Part shown: one piece after another, positions 18,070 through 28,771 of the stretch
Numbering within the stretch: position 1 is the first letter of the stretch
Layout: each line of letters opens with the position of its first letter
Origin: Gemmatimonadaceae bacterium
Lineage (GTDB): Bacteria; Gemmatimonadota; Gemmatimonadetes; Gemmatimonadales; Gemmatimonadaceae
Reading direction: 5' to 3'
DNA: 64,000 nt
NCBI GenBank assembly: GCA_035279625.1
Contig: DATEHK010000173.1
Span: 41,144-105,143 of the forward strand
Program-made: the position numbers and the translations under genes
The notes under the pieces: generated by a model
The model's database searches: none
The model's input: the letters and a program-made list of their open reading frames with translations, nothing else
Told to the model about the DNA's origin: nothing

Positions 18070-18981
18070 TCAGTCCCGCTTCTCTCCGGCCATTAGTATG
18101 GCCATTACGGCCTTTTGAACGTGCAGTCGGTTTTCGGCCTCGTCCCAGACCCGGCTCCGTGGGCCGTCGATCACGTCCGCAGCAACCTCCTCGCCGCGGT
18201 GCGCAGGCAGGCAGTGAAGAAAGATCGCGTTGCGATTCGCCTTGGCCATGAGCTTGGACGTAACCGTGAACGCCGCAAATGCACGCATGCGGCGCTCCTG
18301 CTCCTCTTCCTGTCCCATCGACGCCCACACATCGGTGTTCACCACATCCGCACCGTCCGCCGCTTCCGCCGGATCGCGAACGACCTTCACCACAGACGTC
18401 GTTTGCGCGCGCGCAAGGATCGTGGGATCAGGGTCGTAGCCTTCAGGACACGCAAGTCTCAGCTCGAATCCCAAACGATACGCGGCGTTGATCCACGAAT
18501 TCGCCATGTTGTTGCCGTCGCCGATCCACGCCACGCGCTTTCCGTCCCATCCGCCGAGATGTTGCCTAACGGTGAGCAAGTCTGCCAGCACCTGGCACGG
18601 GTGCAGCAGATCGGTGAGCCCATTGATCACCGGCACATCGGCGTACTTGGCCAGCTCCTCGACCTCGGCGTGCGCGAACGTGCGAATCATGATGCCGTCC
18701 ACGTAGCGAGACAGTACGCGGGCCGTGTCCGCGATGGGTTCGCCGCGCCCGATCTGAATGTCGCGCGGCGATAGAAACAGGGCGTGTCCGCCAAGCTGCC
18801 AGGTGCCCACCTCGAACGACACACGCGTCCGCGTCGACGACTTCATGAAGATCATCGCCAGAGATTTGCCGGCCAGAGGGTGCTCGGTGTACTGGCCACG
18901 GCGCATGATGTCGGCCAGGCGAAACAGCTCACCGAGCTCCTGTGCAGAGAAGTCCGGTATGGCAAGAAAGTCGCGGTGCAT
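18070..18981 (-). CDS. argF: Ornithine carbamoyltransferase
   Basis: STRTRVSFE, HPCQVLAD, HCLPAHRGEEV motifs. Confidence 0.9.
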   Translation of the reverse strand: MHRDFLAIPDFSAQELGELFRLADIMRRGQYTEHPLAGKSLAMIFMKSSTRTRVSFEVGTWQLGGHALFLSPRDIQIGRGEPIADTARVLSRYVDGIMIRTFAHAEVEELAKYADVPVINGLTDLLHPCQVLADLLTVRQHLGGWDGKRVAWIGDGNNMANSWINAAYRLGFELRLACPEGYDPDPTILARAQTTSVVKVVRDPAEAADGADVVNTDVWASMGQEEEQERRMRAFAAFTVTSKLMAKANRNAIFLHCLPAHRGEEVAADVIDGPRSRVWDEAENRLHVQKAVMAILMAGEKRD

Positions 18982-19016
18982 GCGGATCGGTGTAGGAGTG
19001 ATTCGTTAGGCAGGTA

Positions 19017-20492
19017 CTATAGGATGTACCGGCGCAAGTCTTCATCTTCGACGATCGCCTTGAGGCGGTCGCGAACCGTCTCGCCATCGATCACGATGGC
19101 TTTGGTGCCACGATCCGGCAGATCGTAGAGCACATCCTCGAGCAGCGACGACATCACGGTGTGGAGGCGACGCGCACCGATGTTCTCCATGCGTTCGTTG
19201 ACGGCGGTCGCAATGCGCGCGAGCTCGGCGATGGCGTCATCCGTGAACGTGAGCGGTGCGCCCTCGGCCGCCACAAGCGCCGCGTACTGTTTGGTCAGGG
19301 CGTTCTCCGGCTCGGTCATGATGCGGACGAAGTCCTGCTCAGTGAGCGGTTTCAGCTCGACGCGAATCGGGAAGCGTCCCTGCAGCTCCGGAATCAGATC
19401 GCTCGGCTTCGAGACGTGGAATGCGCCGGCCGCAATGAACAGGACGTGATCCGTCTTCACCATTCCGTACTTCGTCTGCACGTTCGAGCCTTCGACGATG
19501 GGCAGCAAGTCGCGCTGGACGCCTTCGCGAGAAACGTCGGGGCCACCCATTTGCGAGCGCTCACCGGCGATCTTGTCGATCTCGTCGAGGAAAATGATGC
19601 CCATTTTCTCGACGCGCTCCAGTGCATCCGAGGTGACATCTTCCATGTCCACCAGTTTCTCGAGCTCTTGATCGAGAAGAATGCGACGCGCCTCCGAAAC
19701 TTTCACCGTGCGCCTCTTGCGCCGCTTGGGCATCATGTCCTGCAGCATCTCGGTGAAATTCTCGACGCCTTCCGGCGCCCCCTGCGGCACGAGCATGTCG
19801 AACATCGGCGCGCCCTGATGCGTAACCTCGACCTCGACCTCGCGCTCCTCCAGTTGTCCATCGCGCAACAGTTGACGCAGCTTGTCGCGCGTGCGGTTGT
19901 AGCGGTCTTTGGAAGCATCCGGACTGGCGCCTTCGCGGGCGACTTCGCCGCCGGATGACACCACGAACAACGACGGTCCGCTACCGGTGCCCGCGGCCGC
20001 CGGCGCGGCACCCTGCTGTGCCTCAGCGGCGGCTTCCGTCGGGCGCGGGAGCAATAGATCCAGCAGCCGTTCATCGACGCGTTCGTAGGCTAGGTCTTCG
20101 ACTTCGTTCTCGCGTTCGGTGCGGACCATGTCGATCGCGCTCTCGACGAGATCGCGCACCATGGATTCGACGTCGCGGCCGACGTAGCCGACCTCGGTGA
20201 ACTTCGACGCCTCGACTTTGCTGAACGGCGCACCCGCGAGCCGAGCGAGGCGGCGGGCAATTTCCGTTTTGCCAACGCCGGTCGGTCCGATGAGGATGAT
20301 GTTGTTAGGCGAGATTTCGTCCCGGATGCCTTCGGGCGCTTGCTGGCGGCGCCACCGATTGCGCAGCGCTATGGCAACGGCCTTTTTCGCTTCATCCTGA
20401 CCGACGATGTAGCGATCGAGCTCGGCCACAATCTGGCGCGGCGTGAGATCGGCGAGCTTTGCGATTGCTTGCTGGGTGTGCTTGGAAGGCAT
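19017..20492 (-). CDS. hslU: ATP-dependent protease ATPase subunit HslU
   Basis: [68 protein letters not shown]. Confidence 0.95.
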   Translation of the reverse strand: MPSKHTQQAIAKLADLTPRQIVAELDRYIVGQDEAKKAVAIALRNRWRRQQAPEGIRDEISPNNIILIGPTGVGKTEIARRLARLAGAPFSKVEASKFTEVGYVGRDVESMVRDLVESAIDMVRTERENEVEDLAYERVDERLLDLLLPRPTEAAAEAQQGAAPAAAGTGSGPSLFVVSSGGEVAREGASPDASKDRYNRTRDKLRQLLRDGQLEEREVEVEVTHQGAPMFDMLVPQGAPEGVENFTEMLQDMMPKRRKRRTVKVSEARRILLDQELEKLVDMEDVTSDALERVEKMGIIFLDEIDKIAGERSQMGGPDVSREGVQRDLLPIVEGSNVQTKYGMVKTDHVLFIAAGAFHVSKPSDLIPELQGRFPIRVELKPLTEQDFVRIMTEPENALTKQYAALVAAEGAPLTFTDDAIAELARIATAVNERMENIGARRLHTVMSSLLEDVLYDLPDRGTKAIVIDGETVRDRLKAIVEDEDLRRYIL

Positions 20493-20525
20493 GTATCGCG
20501 TCGATTCCGGTGAACGTCCGCCGGA

Positions 20526-21068
20526 TCACAACTCCAAAACGGTAATGTTCTTGTTGGTATAGATGCAGATGTCGGCCGCGATCTCGAGACTTTGGCGAAC
20601 GATGTCGGCTGGAGCGAGCGACGACTCCGCGATGAGCGCGCGCGCCGACGCGAGCGCGTACGAGCCGCCGGAACCGATAGCAAGTATGCCATCTTCCGGT
20701 TCGATGATCTCGCCGGTACCCGACACGACGAACCCGTGCTGGCGATCCGTAACGGCGAGCAGTGCCTCGAGGCGTCGCAGCACACGATCGCTGCGCCAAT
20801 CCTTGGCTAGCTCCACCGCCGCGCGCGGAAGGTTCTCCGGAAAGCGGTCCAGTTTCTCCTCGAACTTCTCGAAGAGCGTGAATGCGTCTGCCGCGGCGCC
20901 GGCAAACCCGGCGAGCACTTTACCACCTTTCAGTGTGCGAACCTTCTGAGCGTTCGCTTTCATCACGGTTTCGCCAACCGTGACCTGACCGTCGCCGCCG
21001 AGCGCAACTTTTCCATCGCGCCGGACGCCGAGAATCGTGGTGGCGTAAATACGAGGCATGCCCATCAT
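20526..21068 (-). CDS. hslV: ATP-dependent protease subunit HslV
   Basis: [22 protein letters not shown]-terminal Thr protease signature. Adjacent to hslU. Confidence 0.9.
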   Translation of the reverse strand: MMGMPRIYATTILGVRRDGKVALGGDGQVTVGETVMKANAQKVRTLKGGKVLAGFAGAAADAFTLFEKFEEKLDRFPENLPRAAVELAKDWRSDRVLRRLEALLAVTDRQHGFVVSGTGEIIEPEDGILAIGSGGSYALASARALIAESSLAPADIVRQSLEIAADICIYTNKNITVLEL

Positions 21069-21163
21069 GGTCGGAAAGATAGTCCGAAGCCATGTCGGGT
21101 GCTCGCCGGGCGGCCGTTCCTAGTGGACTGAGGCTCACCCGTGCGCCGGACGCCCCCGAGATG

Positions 21164-21577
21164 CTACTCGTCGCTGGTTACCGGCCAGCCATAGGCGGGG
21201 GCGCGGGTGCCATCGAAATCATCAGTCCCGCGCGAGTCGTCGCCCATGGATGCGGGCTGGAGCCGGCTGGGTGGACCACTGATGAGATTCATCAAGTAAC
21301 GCCAGTTCAGCACGACGCCCGCGATGACCAGGGCGATGCCCATGAACGTGGTGGCAACAGAGAACGGGGAACCGCCGCCGCTCAACAGCACGAGTGCTGT
21401 GCATACGAAACTCCCACCCAAGCATCCCTGTCCAACTTTGTTTCGCTCTGGGCGAGCGACTCGACGGCGCTCGATGCCGAACGGTTCGTCGCGTAGGGCG
21501 GCGTCTGCGATCAATGCGCCGCCAACGACAGCTGCGACCAGGCCGCCTAGAAATGGGAGTACTTCCATCCAACTCAT
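21164..21577 (-). CDS. Small hypothetical membrane protein (about 3 TM helices)
   Basis: Hydrophobic segments LPFLGGLVAAVVGGALI, CLGGSFVCTALVLL and FMGIALVIAGVVL. Sits between xerC and hslV. Start is uncertain. Confidence 0.45.
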   Translation of the reverse strand: MSWMEVLPFLGGLVAAVVGGALIADAALRDEPFGIERRRVARPERNKVGQGCLGGSFVCTALVLLSGGGSPFSVATTFMGIALVIAGVVLNWRYLMNLISGPPSRLQPASMGDDSRGTDDFDGTRAPAYGWPVTSDE

Positions 21578-21628
21578 GACACAGTCCGGGTGCAAGAAAG
21601 GCGCCGTCCCCGGCGACCCAGATCAGTC

Positions 21629-22609
21629 CTATGCACGTGGGTGCGCTTTCGTGTATACCGCTTTGAGGCGCTCGACGCTGGTATGCGTGTAGATCTGCGT
21701 CGTGGAAATCGACGCGTGACCGAGGAGCTCCTGGACCGCGCGCAGGTCGGCACCGGCGTCGAGCAGGTGCGTAGCGAACGTGTGGCGAAGCGAGTGCACC
21801 GAGAGTCCGGCATCTTCGTCGATTTGCCGCAGTAGGTCGCCAACGATTCGTTGGACCATGCGCACACCGATGCGCTTGCCGGTCTTGGCCAGGAAGAGCG
21901 CGGACCGGTCGATCGCAACACCGACGTCCCGGCGGAGCGTTTCACGTTTGAGGTCGTAGTTGCGTAAGGCACGCACCGCGTGGTCGCCCAACGGAACGAT
22001 GCGCTCTTTCCTGCCTTTGCCGCGCACCTTCACTTGCTGCGATATGAGATCCAGATCGCGCAGATCGATTCCCGCAAGCTCGGAGAGGCGCATGCCGGTC
22101 GAGTAGAACAACTCGAGAATGGCCAAATTGCGGACGTCGGCGAATCGTCCGCTCCATGCGCGCGTTTCGGCTTGCTGGAAAAGCAGGTCGATCTGCGCGC
22201 GGTCCAGGTATCCTGGTAGGCGCTTGTCGAGCTTGGGTGTGCTTACGCCGCGTGCTGGATTGGCCGTCACGTGCTCGTTGCGGTGCATGTAGCGATAGAG
22301 ACTTCGCACCGCCGACAGCGCGCGCGCCACCGAGCGCTTCGAGAGACCTCGCCGCGCGAGATGGCCCATGAAGCCGCGGATGGCAAGACGGTCCACGCCC
22401 TCCCATGTCCACGCGTCCGTGCCATAGTACGTCGACAAGAACGTAACAAAGCCCTGCAGGTCGCGGCCGTATGCGATCACTGTGTTAGGCGAATCGTTGC
22501 GCTCCTTCTCCAGGTGCACGAGAAACTCCTCCACCTCGCTCGGAGCGGCGTGTTCCGAAGCTTGATCGGTCACGGCAACACGGCGATGGGATTCGTCTCT
22601 GCTCGCCAT
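21629..22609 (-). CDS. xerC: Tyrosine recombinase XerC/XerD family
   Basis: FLVHLEKERNDSPNTVIAYGRDL, ...HSLRHTFATHLL..GADLRAVQELLGHASISTTQIYTH. Start is either ATG 22609 or GTG 22573 (the GTG would overlap the trmFO stop as GTGA). The ORF-track N-terminal extension to 23077 overlaps trmFO and I rejected it. Confidence 0.85.
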   Translation of the reverse strand: MASRDESHRRVAVTDQASEHAAPSEVEEFLVHLEKERNDSPNTVIAYGRDLQGFVTFLSTYYGTDAWTWEGVDRLAIRGFMGHLARRGLSKRSVARALSAVRSLYRYMHRNEHVTANPARGVSTPKLDKRLPGYLDRAQIDLLFQQAETRAWSGRFADVRNLAILELFYSTGMRLSELAGIDLRDLDLISQQVKVRGKGRKERIVPLGDHAVRALRNYDLKRETLRRDVGVAIDRSALFLAKTGKRIGVRMVQRIVGDLLRQIDEDAGLSVHSLRHTFATHLLDAGADLRAVQELLGHASISTTQIYTHTSVERLKAVYTKAHPRA

Positions 22610-23910
22610 GCGTCGATGGCGCCGAGGGCGCGCTCCGCGAGGAGCTCGCGCCTGCGACGTTTGTCTTGCACCGGGGTCGCGAGATCGTCCAGCAACGCGA
22701 AGTTTGCATTCATCGGCTGGAAATGCTCCGGCCTCGCTTCGCGAAGATAGCGAAACAGTGCTCCGATCATGGTGGTGGGCGGCGGAACGACCGGTTCGAG
22801 TCCATCCGTTAGGCGGGAGAGGTTGAATCCCGCGATCAATCCGGTTGCCGTGCTCTCGGTGTAGCCCTCGACTCCCGTGAGCTGGCCGGCGAACAGGACA
22901 CGCGGCTCGTCTCGAAGGGCCAGGTGCGGCGAGAGGGCCGCCGGCGTATTGAGGTACGAGTTTCTGTGTATCGACCCGAACCGCACGAACTCGGCGTTCG
23001 CGAGGCCGGGGATCATGCGGAAGACGCGCTGTTGGTCCGGAATACGAAGGCGCGTTTGAAAGCCGACCATGTTCCACATGCGCGCGGCGCGGTCTTCTTG
23101 CCGCAATTGGACGACGGCAAAGGACTCCCGCGAGCCGCGCGGATCGTGAAGTCCGACGGGTTTGAGCGGACCAAACCGCAGCGTGTCGCGTCCACGGCGC
23201 GCCATTTCTTCGATCGGCATGCAGCCCTCGAAGTACGGCACTTCATCGAATCCGTGACCTGTATACGGATCGGCGGCGACGAGTGCGTCTATGAAATCGC
23301 TGTACTGCTGGCGGTCGAGCGGGCAATTCAGGTACGCACCATCTGGATCTACATCGTGCATCGTCTCTTTGCCGTAGCGCGAGGCGCGAAACACAATGCC
23401 GTGGTCGATTGAATCGCGGTCGATCACGGGAGCGATGGCATCATAGAAGGCAAGCGCGTCGACACCGACGCGGGAGCGAATGCTCCGTGCAAGCGCGTCC
23501 GACGTGAGCGGACCGGTTGCGATGATGCACGGCGCGGCGATGTCGGCGAGTTCGCGACGCTCGACAGAAACGTGGGGATGTGATTTGATGCGATCGGTCA
23601 CCAAAGACGCGAAGACGTCTCGATCGACCGCGAGCGCCGAGCCTCCCGGTACGCGCGCTTGGTCAGCCGCCCATAGGATGAGCGAGCCAAGGGTCCGCAT
23701 CTCGCTCTTGAGAAGGCCGTGCGCGTTCGTTTCCTCCGTGCTCTTGAACGTATTCGAGCACACGAGCTCAGCGAGCCGGTCAGTCTTGTGGGCGGGCGTT
23801 GTCACGAGCGGACGCATTTCGACTAGCACAACGTCGTGTCCGCGCTCGGCGAGTTGCCAAGCTGCTTCCGAACCAGCAAGACCGCCGCCCACGACTGTGA
23901 TCATGGCCAA
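22570..23910 (-). CDS. trmFO: Methylenetetrahydrofolate--tRNA-(uracil-5)-methyltransferase TrmFO
   Basis: ITVVGGGLAGSEAAWQLA FAD-binding N-terminus with family-typical sequence throughout. Position between topA and xerC matches Bacillus. Confidence 0.9.
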   Translation of the reverse strand: MAMITVVGGGLAGSEAAWQLAERGHDVVLVEMRPLVTTPAHKTDRLAELVCSNTFKSTEETNAHGLLKSEMRTLGSLILWAADQARVPGGSALAVDRDVFASLVTDRIKSHPHVSVERRELADIAAPCIIATGPLTSDALARSIRSRVGVDALAFYDAIAPVIDRDSIDHGIVFRASRYGKETMHDVDPDGAYLNCPLDRQQYSDFIDALVAADPYTGHGFDEVPYFEGCMPIEEMARRGRDTLRFGPLKPVGLHDPRGSRESFAVVQLRQEDRAARMWNMVGFQTRLRIPDQQRVFRMIPGLANAEFVRFGSIHRNSYLNTPAALSPHLALRDEPRVLFAGQLTGVEGYTESTATGLIAGFNLSRLTDGLEPVVPPPTTMIGALFRYLREARPEHFQPMNANFALLDDLATPVQDKRRRRELLAERALGAIDAWRAETNPIAVLP

Positions 23911-23951
23911 AAACTAACGCTGGCCGTCGGGGGCGGCGAGGTGCGGCGCTA

Positions 23952-26432
23952 CTATCCTGCCGCGGCTGCAGGCTCTTGCACGGGAGCCACGTCCCACTCG
24001 TTGCCGCACTTGAGACACTTCCGGTAATCGCCGCGCGCTTTGGTCGATTTCATTTCCGCGCCGACGAATCCGCAGTCTGGACACTGCTCGAGAGTGGGCT
24101 TGTTCCAGGCTACGAAGTCGCAATTCGGATGGTTGACGCATCCATAGAAGGCGCGGCCGCCACGTTTGGAGCGCAGCTGGATAATGTCCCCACCATCTTT
24201 CGGGCATTTCACGCCGGTTGGCAGCGCGCGCGTCCCGCGACATTTCGGGAACTTGCTGCAACCCAGGAACTCTCCCGACCGACCGTGGCGAATGACCATG
24301 CGTGCTCCACACTCATGGCATATCTCATCGGTGAGTACCGCCGGCTTGCGATCACGACCGAGTGGCTTGGTGTAATCACAGTCGGGCCGATTCTCGCAGG
24401 CGAGATACGGGCCGAAGATTCCGCCCTTCGGAACCAAGCGCCCTCCGTCTTTCGGACAGCGCTCTTTCTCGATTGCCGACAGGTCGTGAGCACGCGCGAT
24501 GAGGTCTTCGATGTTCGCCTTGTCCAGCGACTGGGCGAACGGACCGTAGAACTCCTCCAGCACACGCCGCCAGCCCAACTCGCCCTCTTCGATCTTGTCC
24601 AGCTCTCCTTCCATGTTGGACGTGAAGGCGACGTTGAAGATGTCGGGGAACTGATGCACCATGATCTTGGCCACGGTCTCGCCTAACGGAGTAGGCGTGA
24701 ACCGCCGCTGCTCGAGCGTGACGTAGTGACGGTCGGCAAGCACCGAGATGATGGATGCGTACGTGGACGGGCGTCCGATGCCGAGTCGCTCGAGCTCTTT
24801 CACGAGACTCGCTTCGCTGAATCGCGGTGGGGGCTCGGTGAAATGCTGGTGCGGAGTGATCTCGCGAACGGGCACGTTCTCATGCAATTCGAGAACCGGC
24901 AGCGCTTGCTCATCTTCGAGCGCGCGGCCTTCACCCTCCTCGTGCGCCTCGCGGTACAACGCGAGGAATCCGTCGAACTTGATCACACTACCGGTCGAAC
25001 GGAACAGACAGCGCCCCAGATCGAAATCGATGGTGGTGGTATCGAAGACGGCCGGCGCCATTTGCGACGCCATAAAACGTTTCCACACCAACTCGTAGAG
25101 TTTGAATTGATCGCCGCTGAGGAACTTGCGAACCTGATCTGGACGACGCGACGGATCTGTGGGCCGAACCGCTTCGTGCGCGTCCTGGGCGTTTGCCTGC
25201 TGCGCCTTGCCGTAGAGCTGCGGCGCGGCGGCAAGGTGGTCCTTTCCGAACAGTCCGGTTAGGACATCGCGAGCCTGGAGCGCAGCGCTCTCCGCCACGC
25301 GCGTTGAGTCGGTGCGCATATACGTGATGAGTCCGACCGCTCCTTCAGGACCGAGCTCGATGCCCTCGTACAGATCCTGCGCGACGCGCATGGTCCTCTT
25401 GGAACCGAAGCCGAGTTTTTTCGCGGCCTCCTGTTGCATCGTGCTGGTCGTGAACGGGGCAGACGAGTTCTTTCGGCGCTCGCGGCGACGAACGTCCGTG
25501 ACCGTGAATGTCTTTCGGTTCTCGAGATCGGCGAGAATGGCGCGCGCCGCCTTCTCGCTGGTAATTTCCGGCTTCTTGCCATCGAGCTGATGCAACTTGG
25601 CTGTGAAGCGCTGCCCATCTTTTTCGAGGAGCGCTTCGATGGACCAGTACTCGACCGGCTTGAACGCTCGGATCTCGCGCTCACGTTCGACAATGAGTCT
25701 GAGTGCGACCGTCTGCACGCGACCGGCGGACAATCCCTTCTTGACCGTCTTCCACAAGAGCGGGCTGGCTTTGTATCCGACCAGGCGGTCGAGCACCCGG
25801 CGGGCTTGTTGGGCTTCGACTTTGCGCTCGTCGATCGACGTCGCGTTGCGAATAGCGTTCTGGACCGCGTCGCGTGTGATTTCGTGAAACATCACGCGCC
25901 GGACAGGCGCCGAACCTTTGTGCTTGATGGTTTCCGCGACGTGCCAGGCGATGGCTTCGCCTTCGCGATCGGGGTCGGTGGCGAGATACACGCGATCCGC
26001 GATTTTCGCGGCGCTCTTGAGTTCAGCGAGCGTTTTCTCTTTGCCGGGCACGGTGACGTACGTGGGCTTGAATCCGTGCTCGACATCGATGCCTAACCCT
26101 TTCTCGGGCAAGTCGCGCACGTGCCCGACCGTGGCGCGAACCCGGTACGAGGGGCCGAGGTACTTGCCGATGGTGCGGGCCTTCGCCGGCGATTCAACGA
26201 TGACCAGCGACTTTCCCGCAATCGAGGCCAAGTCAAGCGGCTCCTCGACGTGGGCACGTCGCGACGTGCGCCTTCCTGCGCGTTGGCCGCGCAGGGGACG
26301 CTCGTCGGGCGCGAGAACGACGACGGCGCCATTCGAACGGCGACGGGCCACCGTTTTCGCGTCGGCGGTTCCTTTCGTGGGTTCTTTTTTCGCGCCTTGG
26401 CGCGGCTTCTTCGAAGTCTTCTTGGCAGCCAT
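23952..26432 (-). CDS. topA: DNA topoisomerase I with C-terminal Zn-ribbon repeats
   Basis: TOPRIM SLVIVESPAKARTIGKYLG, DPDREGEAI, active-site region ITYMRTDS, and several CxxC...CxxC fingers at the C-terminus. Confidence 0.95.
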   Translation of the reverse strand: MAAKKTSKKPRQGAKKEPTKGTADAKTVARRRSNGAVVVLAPDERPLRGQRAGRRTSRRAHVEEPLDLASIAGKSLVIVESPAKARTIGKYLGPSYRVRATVGHVRDLPEKGLGIDVEHGFKPTYVTVPGKEKTLAELKSAAKIADRVYLATDPDREGEAIAWHVAETIKHKGSAPVRRVMFHEITRDAVQNAIRNATSIDERKVEAQQARRVLDRLVGYKASPLLWKTVKKGLSAGRVQTVALRLIVEREREIRAFKPVEYWSIEALLEKDGQRFTAKLHQLDGKKPEITSEKAARAILADLENRKTFTVTDVRRRERRKNSSAPFTTSTMQQEAAKKLGFGSKRTMRVAQDLYEGIELGPEGAVGLITYMRTDSTRVAESAALQARDVLTGLFGKDHLAAAPQLYGKAQQANAQDAHEAVRPTDPSRRPDQVRKFLSGDQFKLYELVWKRFMASQMAPAVFDTTTIDFDLGRCLFRSTGSVIKFDGFLALYREAHEEGEGRALEDEQALPVLELHENVPVREITPHQHFTEPPPRFSEASLVKELERLGIGRPSTYASIISVLADRHYVTLEQRRFTPTPLGETVAKIMVHQFPDIFNVAFTSNMEGELDKIEEGELGWRRVLEEFYGPFAQSLDKANIEDLIARAHDLSAIEKERCPKDGGRLVPKGGIFGPYLACENRPDCDYTKPLGRDRKPAVLTDEICHECGARMVIRHGRSGEFLGCSKFPKCRGTRALPTGVKCPKDGGDIIQLRSKRGGRAFYGCVNHPNCDFVAWNKPTLEQCPDCGFVGAEMKSTKARGDYRKCLKCGNEWDVAPVQEPAAAAG

Positions 26433-26436
26433 GGAA

Positions 26437-26673
26437 TCAGTGTATAGTCACGTTGTCGCCGCCCAGCCCGTCGTCCATGTACCCCGCGCCCTCCATCAGG
26501 ACGCGCAAGTCGTCCAGGGCGATTCGACCATCGATCTGGCTGAGCGCACGCTCGATGACGTGCTCGAGCTCGACCGCGTTCAGCATTCCGGCGCCACTCA
26601 TTGAAATGAGATGCCCCCAAGCGTCGGGGGAAAAGCGGCCCCGTTCGTGTGGTCCGAGCACTCGAAATGTCAT
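26437..26673 (-). CDS. Small hypothetical protein (78 aa) immediately upstream of topA
   Basis: Stop lies 4 nt before the topA start. There is a weak resemblance (ELEHVIERAL...LDDLRVLM) to the C-terminal part of Smg/DUF494, which neighbours topA in some bacteria. This assignment is low confidence. Confidence 0.35.
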   Translation of the reverse strand: MTFRVLGPHERGRFSPDAWGHLISMSGAGMLNAVELEHVIERALSQIDGRIALDDLRVLMEGAGYMDDGLGGDNVTIH

Positions 26674-26812
26674 GTTTCGATTACCGGACGGCGGTTGTGG
26701 TCGCTATGTACATCGAAAATCCCGGCATCCATATACAAGTGCAGCGTCGAATTCTTCGGAGCTGGATCGATTTATCGCGAGGCGCCGACCTGCCACCGGA
26801 CGCGACTGAGCG

Positions 26813-27388
26813 TTAAACGTATGACTCTCCAATTTGGGCAAAAAAACGAGCGATCTGTGCTGCAACTTCTTCAATGCCAACGTGATCTGTATCAATCACA
26901 TAGTCAGCCTGCAGATAAGCTGGCTCCCTTTCCGCGTTGAGCCGCCGAAGCACGGTAGCCAGGCCGGGCCCCTGCAGCAGTGGTCGCCTGCTGCGCCCCT
27001 CTCCAATCCTTAGTATTGCGACTTCGGGTGTGACCCGCAGGTAAATCATACGCCCTGGGGGGCGCAATAGTGCCATCGCCCCCGGTACGACGATCCAACC
27101 GCCCCCAGGTGCCAGAACGGCACCTTCTGACTCCGCGACTCGCTGAGTCAATTCGAACTCGAGACGGCGAAAGTGAGACTCGCCGTGAAGGCGAAATATC
27201 TCGCTGACTGTCATCCCGGCGCGTCGCTCGAGTTCGACATCGAAATCGAGAAACGGGCGGCTCAGTAAGCGCGCGAGACTTCGGCCGACCGTGGTTTTGC
27301 CAGCGCCCGGCAAGCCAACCAGGATAACGTGTGCAGCCTGTGCCACGCTCGGTTTTGACGTTGGCGAGACGCTGTGCGCGACGGTCAC
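26813..27388 (-). CDS. aroK: Shikimate kinase
   Basis: ILVGLPGAGKTTVGRSLA P-loop, then FLDFDVELERRAGMTVSEIF. Start placed at GTG 27388, which overlaps the aroC stop (GTGA). Confidence 0.85.
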   Translation of the reverse strand: MTVAHSVSPTSKPSVAQAAHVILVGLPGAGKTTVGRSLARLLSRPFLDFDVELERRAGMTVSEIFRLHGESHFRRLEFELTQRVAESEGAVLAPGGGWIVVPGAMALLRPPGRMIYLRVTPEVAILRIGEGRSRRPLLQGPGLATVLRRLNAEREPAYLQADYVIDTDHVGIEEVAAQIARFFAQIGESYV

Positions 27389-28629
27389 GCCATAGACGGC
27401 CGCGGGATGGTCGAGGCCGTCGCGGCGATATATCCGTCGAAATTTCGTCGGGTCTCCTCCATCGAGTCGCCGCCGAACTTTTCGAGCCACGCCTGTGCGA
27501 GGACGAAAGCCGCCATCCCTTCCGCGATCACACCCATTGCCGGGACCGCCGTGACGTCGGAACGCTCGGCGACGGCCTGGGCGCGCTCTCCGTTAGCAAC
27601 GTCGACGGTTTGCAGCGGCCGCATGAGCGTGCTGATCGGCTTCATGCCGACGCGGATGACCAACGGCTCGCCCGTCGTGATGCCCCCTTCCAACCCGCCG
27701 GCGCGATTCGTTAGGCGACGCACGTGTCCGGTGCGGGCGACGCCGGGCGGCGGAGCCATTGCGATCTCATCGTGCGCGTCCGCGCCCATCCGGCGCGACG
27801 TTTCGAATCCCAAGCCGATTTCGACGGCCTTGACGGCCGGGATCGACATCATCGCGCCCGCCAGGCGGCCGTCCAGTTTCCGGTCCCACGAAATGTGCGA
27901 GCCGAGTCCAACCGGCAGGCCGTCGCACACCACCTCGCAGATCCCGCCTAACGTATTGCCGTCTCGCTTTGCAGCGTCGATGCGTTCAATCATACGATCC
28001 GTGGCGGATGCATCGAGTGTTCGGAGCGGCGACTGATCCGCGACGGCGTTGATGTCATCAGGACACGGGTCGGGACGCACGGCATCGATCCCGCCGAGAT
28101 GCACGACGTGGCTTGCGATGCGAACGCCGAACTCTCGCAAAAAGACGCGACAGATCGCTGCGGCGGCAACGCGCGCGGTGGTTTCGCGCGCCGAAGCCCG
28201 CTCGAGAATGTCGCGCGCATCGGAGCGCGCGTACTTGAGCATGCCGGACAGATCGGCGTGGCCCGGCCTCGGTCGTGTCACGACGCGCTTGCGCGGAGCC
28301 GGATCGCCGTCGCGCATCGAGGGATCCATGATCTCCTGCCAGTTCTTCCAGTCGCGATTGGCGATGAGCATCGCGATTGGCGAGCCGATTGTCTCGCCCG
28401 CGCGCACGCCCGACAACAACTCGGCACCATCCTTCTCGATTTGCATCCGGCGACCGCGACCATAGCCGAGCTGGCGGCGCGCGAGGTCGCGATCGATGTC
28501 CGACGCGGCCAGCGTTAGGCCAGCGGGCATCCCCTCGAGGATGCAGACGAGCGCTGGGCCGTGCGACTCGCCGGCGGTTGTGAAGCGAAGGAGGGTCACG
28601 TGTTGATGGCGTGCCGGTGCAGCAACCGT
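27385..28629 (-). CDS. aroC: Chorismate synthase
   Basis: LRFTTAGESHGPALV, QLGYGRGRRM, RPGHAD, SARETTARVAA signatures. Start at ATG 28629 or 28659. Confidence 0.9.
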   Translation of the reverse strand, partial: TVAAPARHQHVTLLRFTTAGESHGPALVCILEGMPAGLTLAASDIDRDLARRQLGYGRGRRMQIEKDGAELLSGVRAGETIGSPIAMLIANRDWKNWQEIMDPSMRDGDPAPRKRVVTRPRPGHADLSGMLKYARSDARDILERASARETTARVAAAAICRVFLREFGVRIASHVVHLGGIDAVRPDPCPDDINAVADQSPLRTLDASATDRMIERIDAAKRDGNTLGGICEVVCDGLPVGLGSHISWDRKLDGRLAGAMMSIPAVKAVEIGLGFETSRRMGADAHDEIAMAPPPGVARTGHVRRLTNRAGGLEGGITTGEPLVIRVGMKPISTLMRPLQTVDVANGERAQAVAERSDVTAVPAMGVIAEGMAAFVLAQAWLEKFGGDSMEETRRNFDGYIAATASTIPRPSMA

Positions 28630-28771
28630 CATCGCCTGGTGCGGCCAGCTGTGCAGCAAAACAGAGCGAGGACGGTGCTGCCACGAAAAAGAAGGCGTGG
28701 TAGCACCGGAATGCTACCACGCCTTGGGGTGTAAGTGCAATCAGGGCTGCACGAGCCCTGCTGTGTTCAGG

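Noticed and set aside
22610-23077. N-terminal 156 codons of the xerC ORF (and similar extensions of the ORFs starting at 42004, 43497, 27490, 13573 and 38034)
   Set aside because: These extensions overlap the 3' part of the upstream gene and are Arg-rich. In-frame ATG or GTG codons at the upstream stop give normal protein N-termini.
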